Position numbers and translations under genes: made by a program. The notes beneath the pieces are model-generated. The model did no database searches. It had not been told where the DNA came from and was given only the letters and a program-made list of their open reading frames with translations. Of a stretch of DNA of 58,329 nt, positions 37,873 to 46,005 are shown piece by piece (within the stretch, counting starts at the first letter, position 1; each line of letters opens with the position of its first letter). The DNA lies in the IMG/VR virus record IMGVR_UViG_3300044461_000112, positions 1 to 58,329 of that record; one strand, given 5' to 3'. This stretch comes from a virus. Lineage: Duplodnaviria; Caudoviricetes.

Positions 37873-38124
37873 ATGCCACGGCAGATTACCACCACCCGGA
37901 CGCTGACCGAGATCAAGCTGGAGGCCATCGTCATCGACTTCAGCGAGGCCGGGCCCGGGCAGCCGCCGCTGGTGACGGTCACCTACCAGGTGCTGGACGA
38001 CGCGGGGCGGGTGTTCGAGACCAAACGGCTGGGCGGGAAGAGCGTGCCGCCGGGCCTCGGGGTGGCGCTGCGGGCCTGGTGGGACCAGCTGGTGGATGAC
38101 CTCACGGCGGAGGAAGGGCTCTGA
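37873..38124 (+). CDS. Hypothetical protein
   Basis: AGGAG SD. Confidence 0.6.
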   Translation: MPRQITTTRTLTEIKLEAIVIDFSEAGPGQPPLVTVTYQVLDDAGRVFETKRLGGKSVPPGLGVALRAWWDQLVDDLTAEEGL

Positions 38125-38126
38125 TC

Positions 38127-38543
38127 GTGACGGAGACGGCAGTGACAGCGCCGCTGCGCCGCGTACGCAGCATCGTGCTCCTCTATGACGTCGAGCCGCT
38201 GGCACTCGCCACAGGGAGCCTGACGTGCGGGTTCGGGCTGCTCATCGCGCTGGGCACGGCGCTGGCCAACGACCTGCCGGCCCGACTGTTTGGCCTCAAC
38301 ATGGCGCTGGCCGGCGGCCTCCAGCTCGTGGGCCTGGGGCTGGCGGACTGGCGGGTGCAGGTCGTGGGGGTCGGCGCCAGCATCGTGGGCTGGGCCATCC
38401 TGGTGAGCCTGGCCTGGGCGGTCGGGCAGCAGCAGGACGGCGGGAAGGCGGAGCTGGCGCTCTACCTCTGGCTGGTGCTGACCCATAGCCTCGTGCTGTG
38501 GCGCATGTACTGGGACTGGCTGCGCCGGCCGACCGTCGCCTAG
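38127..38543 (+). CDS. Multi-pass membrane protein (lysis region)
   Basis: About four hydrophobic segments. Confidence 0.65.
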   Translation: MTETAVTAPLRRVRSIVLLYDVEPLALATGSLTCGFGLLIALGTALANDLPARLFGLNMALAGGLQLVGLGLADWRVQVVGVGASIVGWAILVSLAWAVGQQQDGGKAELALYLWLVLTHSLVLWRMYWDWLRRPTVA

Positions 38544-38544
38544 G

Positions 38545-38850
38545 ATGCCGCCCGAAGCGGAACCGGCGCTGGTCACGCTGTTCCAGGTCGTGCTGGTGGC
38601 AGTGATCGCGCAGGCGGGCGCGGCCTGGATCGGGCGCCAGCAGCGCAAGACCGCCGAGGCGCAGCAGGCGGTGACGCTGACCGACAGTCGGGAGGAGCGG
38701 GTGATGAAGGAGGCCGACGGCTTACGCGCCGAATTGCGGGCCGAGGTCGTGGCGTTGCGGGCGGCGCTCACCGAATGCCAGCGCGAGCGGGAGGCGCTGC
38801 GCGAGGAGCGGCGCCGGGTGCCGGCCCGCCGGCGTCGGGCGAACCCGTAG
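38545..38850 (+). CDS. TM + coiled-coil protein (lysis region)
   Basis: N-terminal TM then heptads. Confidence 0.6.
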   Translation: MPPEAEPALVTLFQVVLVAVIAQAGAAWIGRQQRKTAEAQQAVTLTDSREERVMKEADGLRAELRAEVVALRAALTECQREREALREERRRVPARRRRANP

Positions 38851-38871
38851 GATAGCGGAAGGAGCAGCACG

Positions 38872-39081
38872 ATGCAGCCGGAACGCAAAGTCACCGCCGC
38901 CGGGGTGGCCGGCGCGATTGCCACGATTGTGGTCTGGATCGCGGGCGTGGTCTGGCCGGAGGTCGTGGTGCCGCCGGCCGTCGTGGTGGCGCTCACCACC
39001 ATCCTGACCGTGGGCGCCGCCTACCTGGTGCCGAACGCGAGCCCGGAGCCACCGGCGCTGGTGGAGGTGCCGCATGGATGA
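38872..39081 (+). CDS. Putative holin
   Basis: AAGGAG SD; two TM helices, KVTAAGVAGA..AYLVP. Confidence 0.65.
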   Translation: MQPERKVTAAGVAGAIATIVVWIAGVVWPEVVVPPAVVVALTTILTVGAAYLVPNASPEPPALVEVPHG

Positions 39082-39289
39082 CCCAGAGAGCCGTGTCTTT
39101 CATACGGACGGGTTCCTCCTCATCACGGAGGGGGATCGGGTGGTGGCGTGCTCCGGCATCCCGGGGCTGCTGCCAGACGACATTCGGATCGCTGAGATCG
39201 CCATGCGCCTCGTCAATTCGTCAATCCCCAACGCGTTTGTCGAATACATCTGGAGGGCAGCGTCCAAAGATGAGGTGCCGCATGGCTAG
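39074..39289 (+). CDS. Hypothetical protein flanked by 14-bp direct repeats
   Basis: GAGGTGCCGCATGG at 39064-39077 and 39272-39285. Confidence 0.55.
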   Translation: MDDPESRVFHTDGFLLITEGDRVVACSGIPGLLPDDIRIAEIAMRLVNSSIPNAFVEYIWRAASKDEVPHG

Positions 39290-39416
39290 GTGGCAGGAGG
39301 TGCCGCTGGCCGTCGCACTGGGGCTGCTGACGGCGGTGGGGCTGCTCGCATTGGCGACGGTGGTGCACGACGCCTGGGCCCTGCGACGGTGGCAACCGAA
39401 TTGGGGGGACCTCTAG
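39282..39416 (+). CDS. Small single-TM protein, 44 aa
   Basis: GAGGT SD; hydrophobic helix. Confidence 0.55.
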   Translation: MARWQEVPLAVALGLLTAVGLLALATVVHDAWALRRWQPNWGDL

Positions 39417-39487
39417 TACATACGGATGAGGTTCCGGTCGTACATGTGGATTGCACTAGTGTCGTTATGTCGATGGAGGAGGCGCGC

Positions 39488-39655
39488 ATGATTACGTGGT
39501 CGTTCTTGTTTATTATTCTCGCCCTCTGCTGCCTGTTCCTCGCGGCCGTATCGGTGGTCCGTCCGGAGTCCGGCACCCGGTACGGCTGGCACATCGGCTG
39601 GCTCGGGCTCTTCTTCTGGCTGCTCGGCGTCGAAGTCGTCGGCAAGATCCAGTGA
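39488..39655 (+). CDS. Small two-TM protein, 55 aa
   Basis: GGAGGAGG SD. Confidence 0.6.
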   Translation: MITWSFLFIILALCCLFLAAVSVVRPESGTRYGWHIGWLGLFFWLLGVEVVGKIQ

Positions 39656-39688
39656 GCTGGCAGCCCGTGGCTGGCAGGGTGACCGCCC

Positions 39689-39898
39689 ATGATCCTGAGT
39701 GAGGCAACCTCGCTGGCCCAGATGCTGCAGACCAGCGGTCGCATCGAGAGCTACGATCTGCGCCCGACCTATCCTCGCCCGAAGAAACCCCTTGAGATCA
39801 CCTCGTGGGATGTGGCGGTCCATATCTCGGGCAAAGGCTGGTGGTTGTTCCAGACTCCCGCCGCCATGATGCGCCTTCAGGAAACGGGTGAGCCATGA
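39689..39898 (+). CDS. Hypothetical protein
   Basis: ATGA-coupled to endolysin. Confidence 0.5.
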   Translation: MILSEATSLAQMLQTSGRIESYDLRPTYPRPKKPLEITSWDVAVHISGKGWWLFQTPAAMMRLQETGEP

Positions 39899-40629
39899 CC
39901 GCGATCGACGACCGTGAGCAGCAATGGCAGGGAAGACTTGGTGACGCGCTGACTGAAGAGCTGCCCGACCCGACCTACGGTGGCACCTACCGCGTGTACT
40001 TCAATGCGGTGCTCCACGACATTCCGAACTGCGGCGTTTTTACCTTCGCCGAGGCATCGGTTGCCGACGTGCTCGCCGCCCCGCTCCCACCGCCGCCGTC
40101 TGCACGTGGCGACCCGTACGAGTTCTGGTCCGCCGAGGAGATCCGCAGCGCGTGTAACGACCAGGTGCCGCTGGAGAACATCCGCCTGCACTGGCCGGGG
40201 ATCGCAGGAAGCTTGCACGACTACGACCAGTGGAGCCGGCCGTCAGCAGCCGGTGTGGTGGCGACGACGGCCATCGAGACGGCGCATACGTTCGAGCCGG
40301 TGCGCGAGGCCTTCTGGTGCTCGGAAGCGTGGCGCGCGGCCAACCTCCGGTATCACCCGTACTACGGGAGGGGCTACATCCAACTGACCTGGGAAGCGAA
40401 CTACCGGACGTACGGCAATCTGATCGGTGTCGGCGACCAGTTGGTCAACGTGCCCGATAAGGCATTAGAGGCCGGCATCGCCGCCGAGGTGTTCGCCTGC
40501 TACTGGCAGCAGCGCGGCATCAAGCCGATGTGTGAGGCCGGTGATTGGGCGGCGGCGAGGAAGGCCGTGCAAGGTGGGTCAGCCGGACTTGTGGAGTTCA
40601 CCGCCATCTGCGAGCGACTGGCCTGGTAG
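39895..40629 (+). CDS. GH19 (chitinase-like) endolysin
   Basis: IETAHTFEPVRE, YYGRGYIQLTWEANY. Confidence 0.9.
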   Translation: MTAIDDREQQWQGRLGDALTEELPDPTYGGTYRVYFNAVLHDIPNCGVFTFAEASVADVLAAPLPPPPSARGDPYEFWSAEEIRSACNDQVPLENIRLHWPGIAGSLHDYDQWSRPSAAGVVATTAIETAHTFEPVREAFWCSEAWRAANLRYHPYYGRGYIQLTWEANYRTYGNLIGVGDQLVNVPDKALEAGIAAEVFACYWQQRGIKPMCEAGDWAAARKAVQGGSAGLVEFTAICERLAW

Positions 40630-40812
40630 CGAGGCGTTCCTCCGCTTGCGCTCGGCATCCTCGGTGGCCTGGAGGCGGCCGAGCTCCGCGAGGGCGTGGC
40701 GTTTGCAGAAGCGGCCGACGATGGCCTTGTGGCGATCGTAGAGCGCGAACTGCGGGGCGAAGCGGCAGCTCGCCCGGGAACAGACGTGGGGCAGCGCCTC
40801 CAGATGGGCCAT
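40579..40812 (-). CDS. Hypothetical Cys/His protein
   Basis: GGAGGT SD; CSRASC..FCKRH. Confidence 0.55.
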   Translation of the reverse strand: MAHLEALPHVCSRASCRFAPQFALYDRHKAIVGRFCKRHALAELGRLQATEDAERKRRNASLPGQSLADGGELHKSG

Positions 40813-40821
40813 GGAACCTCC

Positions 40822-41019
40822 CTACCGCGTCGCCCGCTCGATCGTGACCACGACGCTCGTCTTCTCGAAGACGATGGTGTACTGCCGCCGGCGGGGGCCG
40901 CGCGTCTGCTTGACCTCGCCGATGAGGGCCAGGAGCTCCGTGATCGTCCGCTCGAGGCGAGCCGGGTCCACGGTCTTGTCCTGAATGGTCACCTCATGGT
41001 CAGACGAAACATTGGCCAC
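40822..41019 (-). CDS. Hypothetical protein
   Basis: GGAGAGG SD. Confidence 0.5.
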   Translation of the reverse strand: MANVSSDHEVTIQDKTVDPARLERTITELLALIGEVKQTRGPRRRQYTIVFEKTSVVVTIERATR

Positions 41020-41758
41020 TGGTACAGCCCTCCTCCGCCGCGACGTAGGCGTCCCACTCCAGGGCCATCTGGGTGCCGCCCCGCGTCAGCTCGGTGATAC
41101 TCTTGCGCCCGCCGAGCAGGAAGTCTTTCGGGTTGCGCGCCTGGGCATTGGCCTCGAGGGCGACCGCCTGGGCGAAGAGGGCCGGGTGCTCAGCCGAGAG
41201 GCGCCGCCAGCCGGCGGTGGCCTGGTAGGGACAGAACCAGCAGCCGCTCTTCGGCGGGTCGGGCAGCCCTTCGGCGCGGATGATCTCGTGGCAGTCGGTG
41301 CGCGTCAGCCCGAGCTCGACGAGGGGCCAGCGGCGTTTGACATAGAGACGGCGGACCGCGTCTCGGGCGCGGTGGGCCTCGTCGGCGGAGATGCCGATCT
41401 GCATGTCGGCGGGCTCCTGGCGGGTGGCGCCGTGGGCCCGCAGCCAGGCGTTGATGGGCCGAATCTTGAACTGGTCGGTACACCAGCGGTTGTTGATGCT
41501 GGGGACCATCTGGCGCTTCATGGCGTAGTCGTAGAGCGTGACGCCGTCCTTCTGGTGGGAGACGTCGAGGGTGACGCCGTGCGCCTCAGCCCAGGGCAGG
41601 AGGTGGTCGCGCAGGTAGGCGTAGGTCTCCGGGTGCTCGCCGCCGGTGTCGGCGAAGACGAGCGTGGTGGTGGGGTGCTCGATGCGGCCCTGGGCGTTCA
41701 TGATGGCGAGCGCGGTGGTCTGCACGCCGGCGCCGAAGGAGATGATGCGCAGGGTCAT
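41000..41758 (-). CDS. PAPS-reductase-like (PP-loop, Cys-cluster) protein
   Basis: ISFGAGVQT, FADTGGEHPETY, CTDQFK, PPKSGCWFCPY. Confidence 0.85.
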   Translation of the reverse strand: MTLRIISFGAGVQTTALAIMNAQGRIEHPTTTLVFADTGGEHPETYAYLRDHLLPWAEAHGVTLDVSHQKDGVTLYDYAMKRQMVPSINNRWCTDQFKIRPINAWLRAHGATRQEPADMQIGISADEAHRARDAVRRLYVKRRWPLVELGLTRTDCHEIIRAEGLPDPPKSGCWFCPYQATAGWRRLSAEHPALFAQAVALEANAQARNPKDFLLGGRKSITELTRGGTQMALEWDAYVAAEEGCTSGQCFV

Positions 41759-42225
41759 CGGACGGGCCGGTAGCGGCGGGCGATGACCCGCACCACCTGG
41801 CCGAACTCATCCCGCTCGGCCTCCGTCAGGATGCGGTCGGCGAGCACGTCGGCCACGGCCTGGAGGGTGCGGTCCCAGGAGCCGAGCTGCGCGATGGCCT
41901 GGGGCACATACCCGGCCGCCGTCATGAATCGGTTCCGCTCAAAGGGGGTCAGGTACAGCTCCGTGGCCAGGGCTTCGACCATGCGACGACTGGGCGGGTT
42001 CCGATCACCCAGCTCGATGCGGGTCAGGTAGGAGGGATCGCAGTGGGCCGTCCGCGCCAGGTCGCTCCGCGTGCGGGTGGTCCGCTCCCGGAAGAGGCGG
42101 AGCAGTAAGCCAAAGTCGTCGGCTCCGTCCCGGGCATCCCGCACCGCGAGCTGGTCCCGCGCGGTTCTGGCCAGGTGCTGCCGTTCCGCCATCGACATCG
42201 ACGGGGTCGCGTAAATCACTCCCAT
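41755..42225 (-). CDS. XRE-family HTH regulator
   Basis: SDLARTAHCDPSYLTRIELGDRNPP. Confidence 0.85.
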   Translation of the reverse strand: MGVIYATPSMSMAERQHLARTARDQLAVRDARDGADDFGLLLRLFRERTTRTRSDLARTAHCDPSYLTRIELGDRNPPSRRMVEALATELYLTPFERNRFMTAAGYVPQAIAQLGSWDRTLQAVADVLADRILTEAERDEFGQVVRVIARRYRPVR

Positions 42226-42237
42226 GGGGTCTCCTCC

Positions 42238-42546
42238 TCATACGGTTCGGGCAAGCACCTGTGCGATGACTTCGAGATCAGCGGGGCGCCAGACATAGAC
42301 CTCAACGGGACAGGTTTGGAGATCGGCGATCCAGCTCGCCTGGGCGGCCGTCAGTCGACCGTGCTCTGTTTTGAGCTCCGCGAAGATGCAGCGGCCGGGG
42401 TTGCCAGGTCGGATAAGCAAGAGATCGGGAAGGCCGGGTGCACTGCGCCGCGAATCGTAGGTGTGGTATGAGCGATAGCCGAGCAGCCGGGCGATGTCGA
42501 GCACGGCGTTCTGCAACTGCCGTTCGGTGACCGGCGGCAGGCTCAT
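42238..42546 (-). CDS. VRR-NUC nuclease (Holliday junction resolvase-like)
   Basis: ERQLQ, GLPDLLLIR, FAELKTEHGRLTAAQ. Confidence 0.9.
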   Translation of the reverse strand: MSLPPVTERQLQNAVLDIARLLGYRSYHTYDSRRSAPGLPDLLLIRPGNPGRCIFAELKTEHGRLTAAQASWIADLQTCPVEVYVWRPADLEVIAQVLARTV

Positions 42547-42848
42547 GCCTCCGCCTCGAGCAGGGCCTGCAGGGCAGTCGTTGCTGTCTCAATCCGCTGC
42601 GCCCAGGCGAGATTGAGATCCCTGGCTCGCACCGCGTTGATCAGATCCGTTGCTGCCACACGCAGCTTCTCGTTCTCCTCCTCCACCATGGTGAGCGCCT
42701 GCTCGTGGGCGGCGCATTCCCGCTGCAGCCGGGTGACCACCGCATTCAGACGGTCGATCACCGCGTTCAACTGCTCCACCGTCGGGCCCGGTAGGTCGTC
42801 CAGCTCCCACTCGATCGGGTTCCCGCGCGAGTCGTAGATGTCCGTCAT
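42543..42848 (-). CDS. Coiled-coil hypothetical protein
   Basis: ATGA overlaps at both ends. Confidence 0.55.
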   Translation of the reverse strand: MTDIYDSRGNPIEWELDDLPGPTVEQLNAVIDRLNAVVTRLQRECAAHEQALTMVEEENEKLRVAATDLINAVRARDLNLAWAQRIETATTALQALLEAEA

Positions 42849-43096
42849 GCCGAGTTCCGCCAATTGCTGAGCGCCTTGTGCCACGCGGCCATCCAGGCGG
42901 GGCTCCGGTCCGGGGCCAGCGCCAGCCGCACCACCTCTGCGTGGGCCGCGACCGGGTCGATGCCCCGGTGCTCCCGGTGATAGGTGTCCCAGCGGGAGCG
43001 CCGCGCACAGGACCGGCAGCGGTGGCCCGGCCCACTGACCTCACGGGTACAGCCCGGCTGGAGACAACGGAAGATGTGGCGGCCGAGAGCAGTCAT
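42845..43096 (-). CDS. Hypothetical Cys-rich protein
   Basis: CLQPGC..CRSC. Confidence 0.55.
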   Translation of the reverse strand: MTALGRHIFRCLQPGCTREVSGPGHRCRSCARRSRWDTYHREHRGIDPVAAHAEVVRLALAPDRSPAWMAAWHKALSNWRNSA

Positions 43097-43299
43097 CCCG
43101 CTGCCTCCTCAGTCACGTCCCGTGAGCCACCCATTGGATTTGCAACGCCTTTGAGTGTCAGAACAACAGTCCCCGTGGCATACAGGTTTTCGTGTTCGAG
43201 TTTGCACGTGCCGGTCGTCACCACGAAGTAGCTGTTGTCGGGGATCGTGGTTTGTCCTCTGTCCCCGGTATCGGTGTCCTCAACCGTGACTCGTATCAT
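43093..43299 (-). CDS. Hypothetical protein
   Basis: AAGGTGG SD, overlaps. Confidence 0.55.
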   Translation of the reverse strand: MIRVTVEDTDTGDRGQTTIPDNSYFVVTTGTCKLEHENLYATGTVVLTLKGVANPMGGSRDVTEEAAG

Positions 43300-43619
43300 G
43301 GGTCCACCTTCGTTTCTGCGATAGCTCGATCCAGAAGGGCGAGCACCTCAGTGTGGGTGTGGGTGTCGTTGAAGCGGATGACGTCGCGCCCCGGAACGAG
43401 CCGGGCCAGCAGCGCACCGGCCCAGAGGGTAGCTTTCCCATACGGGTCCGCTCCCCGATCGTCAAAAAGGGCAGAGGAGAGACACCAGCGGCGGGCGTCC
43501 GGGTCGGCGGGCCGGACCACGCGGCGGTCGGCGGCGAGCGCGCCCACATGCTGGCACCAGTGGTCGGGACGCTCGATACGCTCCCGGGCCCGGACCAGGA
43601 CCTCGCGCACCGTACTCAT
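43296..43619 (-). CDS. Conserved phage hypothetical protein
   Basis: WCQ..RWCLSSAL..FND..THTEVLALLDRAI pattern. Confidence 0.6.
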   Translation of the reverse strand: MSTVREVLVRARERIERPDHWCQHVGALAADRRVVRPADPDARRWCLSSALFDDRGADPYGKATLWAGALLARLVPGRDVIRFNDTHTHTEVLALLDRAIAETKVDP

Positions 43620-43864
43620 GGGTCCTCCGGACTATCTGCCAATTCGCCACCAGACGCGTCCTGGCGCCCGCTGCGGCCGTTGTCTGGGTCATCTGGTGTT
43701 TGGGGTCGTCGGCTGGGGATGTCGAACCGGGGCGGGCGCTTCGCCTGGAGCAGCGCGGCCTCGGCCGGGTCGAGCGGCGGCTCTTCCCAAAGTTGACATG
43801 CCTCCCGCCAAACACCGTGCTCCTCTCGGCTGCGGCGGTAGAGCAGCTCGCCCAGATTTCCCAT
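43616..43864 (-). CDS. Hypothetical protein
   Basis: ATG 43864, overlap coupling. Confidence 0.45.
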   Translation of the reverse strand: MGNLGELLYRRSREEHGVWREACQLWEEPPLDPAEAALLQAKRPPRFDIPSRRPQTPDDPDNGRSGRQDASGGELADSPEDP

Positions 43865-43866
43865 GG

Positions 43867-43965
43867 CTAGCGGCCGACCGCCGGCAGCAGGAGGCGCACG
43901 CCGCAGGTCAGGAGCAGCGCGGACAGGGCGACCAGGACGAGCAGCAGCCAGTAGTTGCGGGTCAT
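43867..43965 (-). CDS. Small TM peptide, 32 aa
   Basis: MTRNYWLLLVLVALSALLLTCGVRLLLPAVGR; ATGA overlap. Confidence 0.45.
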   Translation of the reverse strand: MTRNYWLLLVLVALSALLLTCGVRLLLPAVGR

Positions 43966-44093
43966 CGGGCGGGCCAGGGCGACGTGGGCCAGGGCGCGCT
44001 GTCGTTCCACAGGCGGAGGGCCCAGCCAAGGACGAGCAGGAACAGGAGGACCAGCAGCCAGACGACCACGTCCTTGTTCACGGTGCCCCCCAT
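43962..44093 (-). CDS. Small TM peptide, 43 aa
   Basis: MGGTVNKDVVVWLLVLLFLLVLGWALRLW... Confidence 0.45.
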   Translation of the reverse strand: MGGTVNKDVVVWLLVLLFLLVLGWALRLWNDSAPWPTSPWPAR

Positions 44094-44629
44094 TGGGCAG
44101 CCATCGCCGCTGCCACCCCGGGACAGGTGCGCGAGCGGACCTTCCAGCGGTCCGGACCCGGTGCGGCCCGATGCACCCGCGCCTCCCGGCCGGTCTCAAC
44201 CACCGTTGCCATGAGGGGGGGCAGCCCATGGAGCCAGAGCGCGGTGGCTTTCTTCTCGGGATCCCCGAAGTACCAGGGACGGACGAGCTGGTCGGGCCGA
44301 CGGATGCGGTAGGCGGCACCGATGGGATTCTCCACGGCAATCCGGGGGATGGGCGCGTCCAGCAGCAGACGGAAGAAGGCCAGGGCCTCGGCCTGTTCGG
44401 CTTCACGGCCCTTCCACCAGCGCACCCCGGACCGGGCGAGATAGGTGCAGGGCGGGTGGGCGATCAGCAGATCCCAGCGGTCACCCAGAACCAGGCGCAC
44501 ATCACACTGGAGATGCGGGCCGGGCGATTCGGTCGGGAGCAAATCACAGGACCACGCGTCATGGCCCCGGGCCCGGAAGGCGTCACGCACGACGCCACTG
44601 AATTCACACCCGACGAGCACCCGGGTCAT
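44078..44629 (-). CDS. Short DNA cytosine-methyltransferase-like protein
   Basis: VLVGCEFSG (motif I-like), LLIAHPPC (motif IV), IAVENP (motif VI). Confidence 0.75.
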   Translation of the reverse strand: MTRVLVGCEFSGVVRDAFRARGHDAWSCDLLPTESPGPHLQCDVRLVLGDRWDLLIAHPPCTYLARSGVRWWKGREAEQAEALAFFRLLLDAPIPRIAVENPIGAAYRIRRPDQLVRPWYFGDPEKKATALWLHGLPPLMATVVETGREARVHRAAPGPDRWKVRSRTCPGVAAAMAAQWGAP

Positions 44630-44718
44630 CGGGTCAATGCTCGGATGAACAGCACGGTGCAGCCGCAGGAGACGAGCCAACCGAGCGCGCCGAGCAGGAC
44701 GACGGTCAGGACATTCAT
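44626..44718 (-). CDS. Small TM peptide, 30 aa
   Basis: GGAGGT SD; MNVLTVVLLGALGWLVSCGCTVLFIRALTR. Confidence 0.5.
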   Translation of the reverse strand: MNVLTVVLLGALGWLVSCGCTVLFIRALTR

Positions 44719-45167
44719 GGAGTGACCTCCAGAAGATGTAAGCCCTGCTGAGACTGCCGGACGTAGCGCCAGTTGGCCTTCTTGAAGCACACGCCCGGAT
44801 TGGTGGACCGAATCTTGCCGGCGTCCACGTAGGTGAAGTGCCGCTCGCCGGGCCACCGCTGCCAGGCCAACTGGTCCGCTTCCCGAATCAGCTCACTCGA
44901 CAAAACCGGTCCCTCGTTGCGGAAGACCACGCAATTGATGCCGACCTCGTGGTCGTAGCGCGCCACGGTATTCTTCAGCCACACAAACAGGGCGTCGCAT
45001 GACTCCGTCAGCAACACCATGGGGATGCCGGGTCCGACGATGTTGGTGTTGCCGGGCCGACGGTAGGCGACGTTCTTCCCCGCCGAGTAATGGCGGCGGT
45101 ACAGCGCATAGGCCCGCGGATCGGCGCGGGAGACGGGCAGCCAGTGCCCCTCGATGAGCAGACTCAC
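44715..45167 (-). CDS. Mom-like (GNAT-fold) DNA modification protein
   Basis: RRHYS, CVVFRNEG..LSSELI, TYVD..NPGVCFKKANW resembles Mom TYAD..G..Y.A.NW. Confidence 0.6.
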   Translation of the reverse strand: MSLLIEGHWLPVSRADPRAYALYRRHYSAGKNVAYRRPGNTNIVGPGIPMVLLTESCDALFVWLKNTVARYDHEVGINCVVFRNEGPVLSSELIREADQLAWQRWPGERHFTYVDAGKIRSTNPGVCFKKANWRYVRQSQQGLHLLEVTP

Positions 45168-45616
45168 AGCGCCAGCTCCCGCCAGCCCCGGCCGCCGGAG
45201 CTCAGCACCTCCTGGACCGTGACCATGCACGTGCCAGAGCCACACACGATCCGATGCCCGGCGTCGGCCATGTCCAGGAGGATGCCGTACGCATCACACC
45301 CGGGACAGCTATCCTGCCGTCGACCGACGAGCGACCCATACGGGCCGGTCACCAGGAGGGGCGTGCCGCAGGCCCATTCTCGGTAGCGAGACACGGGCAC
45401 GGCAAGGATGCTGGGGTCGCCGCTGCGGTAGACGCCGCCACACCCAAGAGGTTTCCCGATAAAGAGCGAGTCTCCATATCTCGTGGCACGCCCGGTACGG
45501 ACGGGTCCCAGGGTCGGTTGCTCGGCGGGCGCCTCCTCCTCGATCGTCCAGCTGGGGAGGGTCGGGTGCTGGTTCAAAGCCGCGATCAGGTGCGCGGTCA
45601 CCAGGAACGTGGTCAA
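45164..45616 (-). CDS. RlpA/barwin-like double-psi beta-barrel protein
   Basis: GRATRYG, ACGTPLLVT, QDSCPGC..LDM. Confidence 0.7.
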   Translation of the reverse strand: MTTFLVTAHLIAALNQHPTLPSWTIEEEAPAEQPTLGPVRTGRATRYGDSLFIGKPLGCGGVYRSGDPSILAVPVSRYREWACGTPLLVTGPYGSLVGRRQDSCPGCDAYGILLDMADAGHRIVCGSGTCMVTVQEVLSSGGRGWRELAL

Positions 45617-45810
45617 GACGTGCCCCGGAGCAGTTGTGCTGCATCGACGAGGCAGTCCGCACAGAGGAAGATGCCCGGGCTGTCCCCGAGGGTGATCTCC
45701 CAGCAGGTGCGCTCGGCGTGACAGCTATCACACCGGGTGTTGTCCCTCCGTCCGAACACCGCGGACGGCCGTTCTGCTTCTTCCGGAACCAGGGTACGCA
45801 TGTCTCTCAT
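45613..45810 (-). CDS. Small Zn-ribbon protein
   Basis: GGAGGG SD; CDSC..LCADC. Confidence 0.55.
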   Translation of the reverse strand: MRDMRTLVPEEAERPSAVFGRRDNTRCDSCHAERTCWEITLGDSPGIFLCADCLVDAAQLLRGTS

Positions 45811-45834
45811 CCCTCCATACGGTTTGTTACAAAA

Positions 45835-46005
45835 TGCAGCGGCCGTTGCACGGGATAGGTCCCACGGGGGGCGTCGCATCTCTCTTTAGATGCAACGTCC
45901 CCCGGTGGGCCAACCGTGCCGAAACACCGCTGCAAATGGTTTTGTATATATGGGGTGCAGCGGTGCAGCGCTGCAGCGCTGCATTGCAGCGCTGCATGCA
46001 GCGCT
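45835..46005. repeat. TGCAGCG(CTGCA) iteron/palindrome cluster, candidate replication origin
   Basis: TGCAGCG at 45835, 45956, 45964, 45972, 45985, 45997 next to an AT-rich patch, directly after the replication ATPase stop. Confidence 0.65.
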
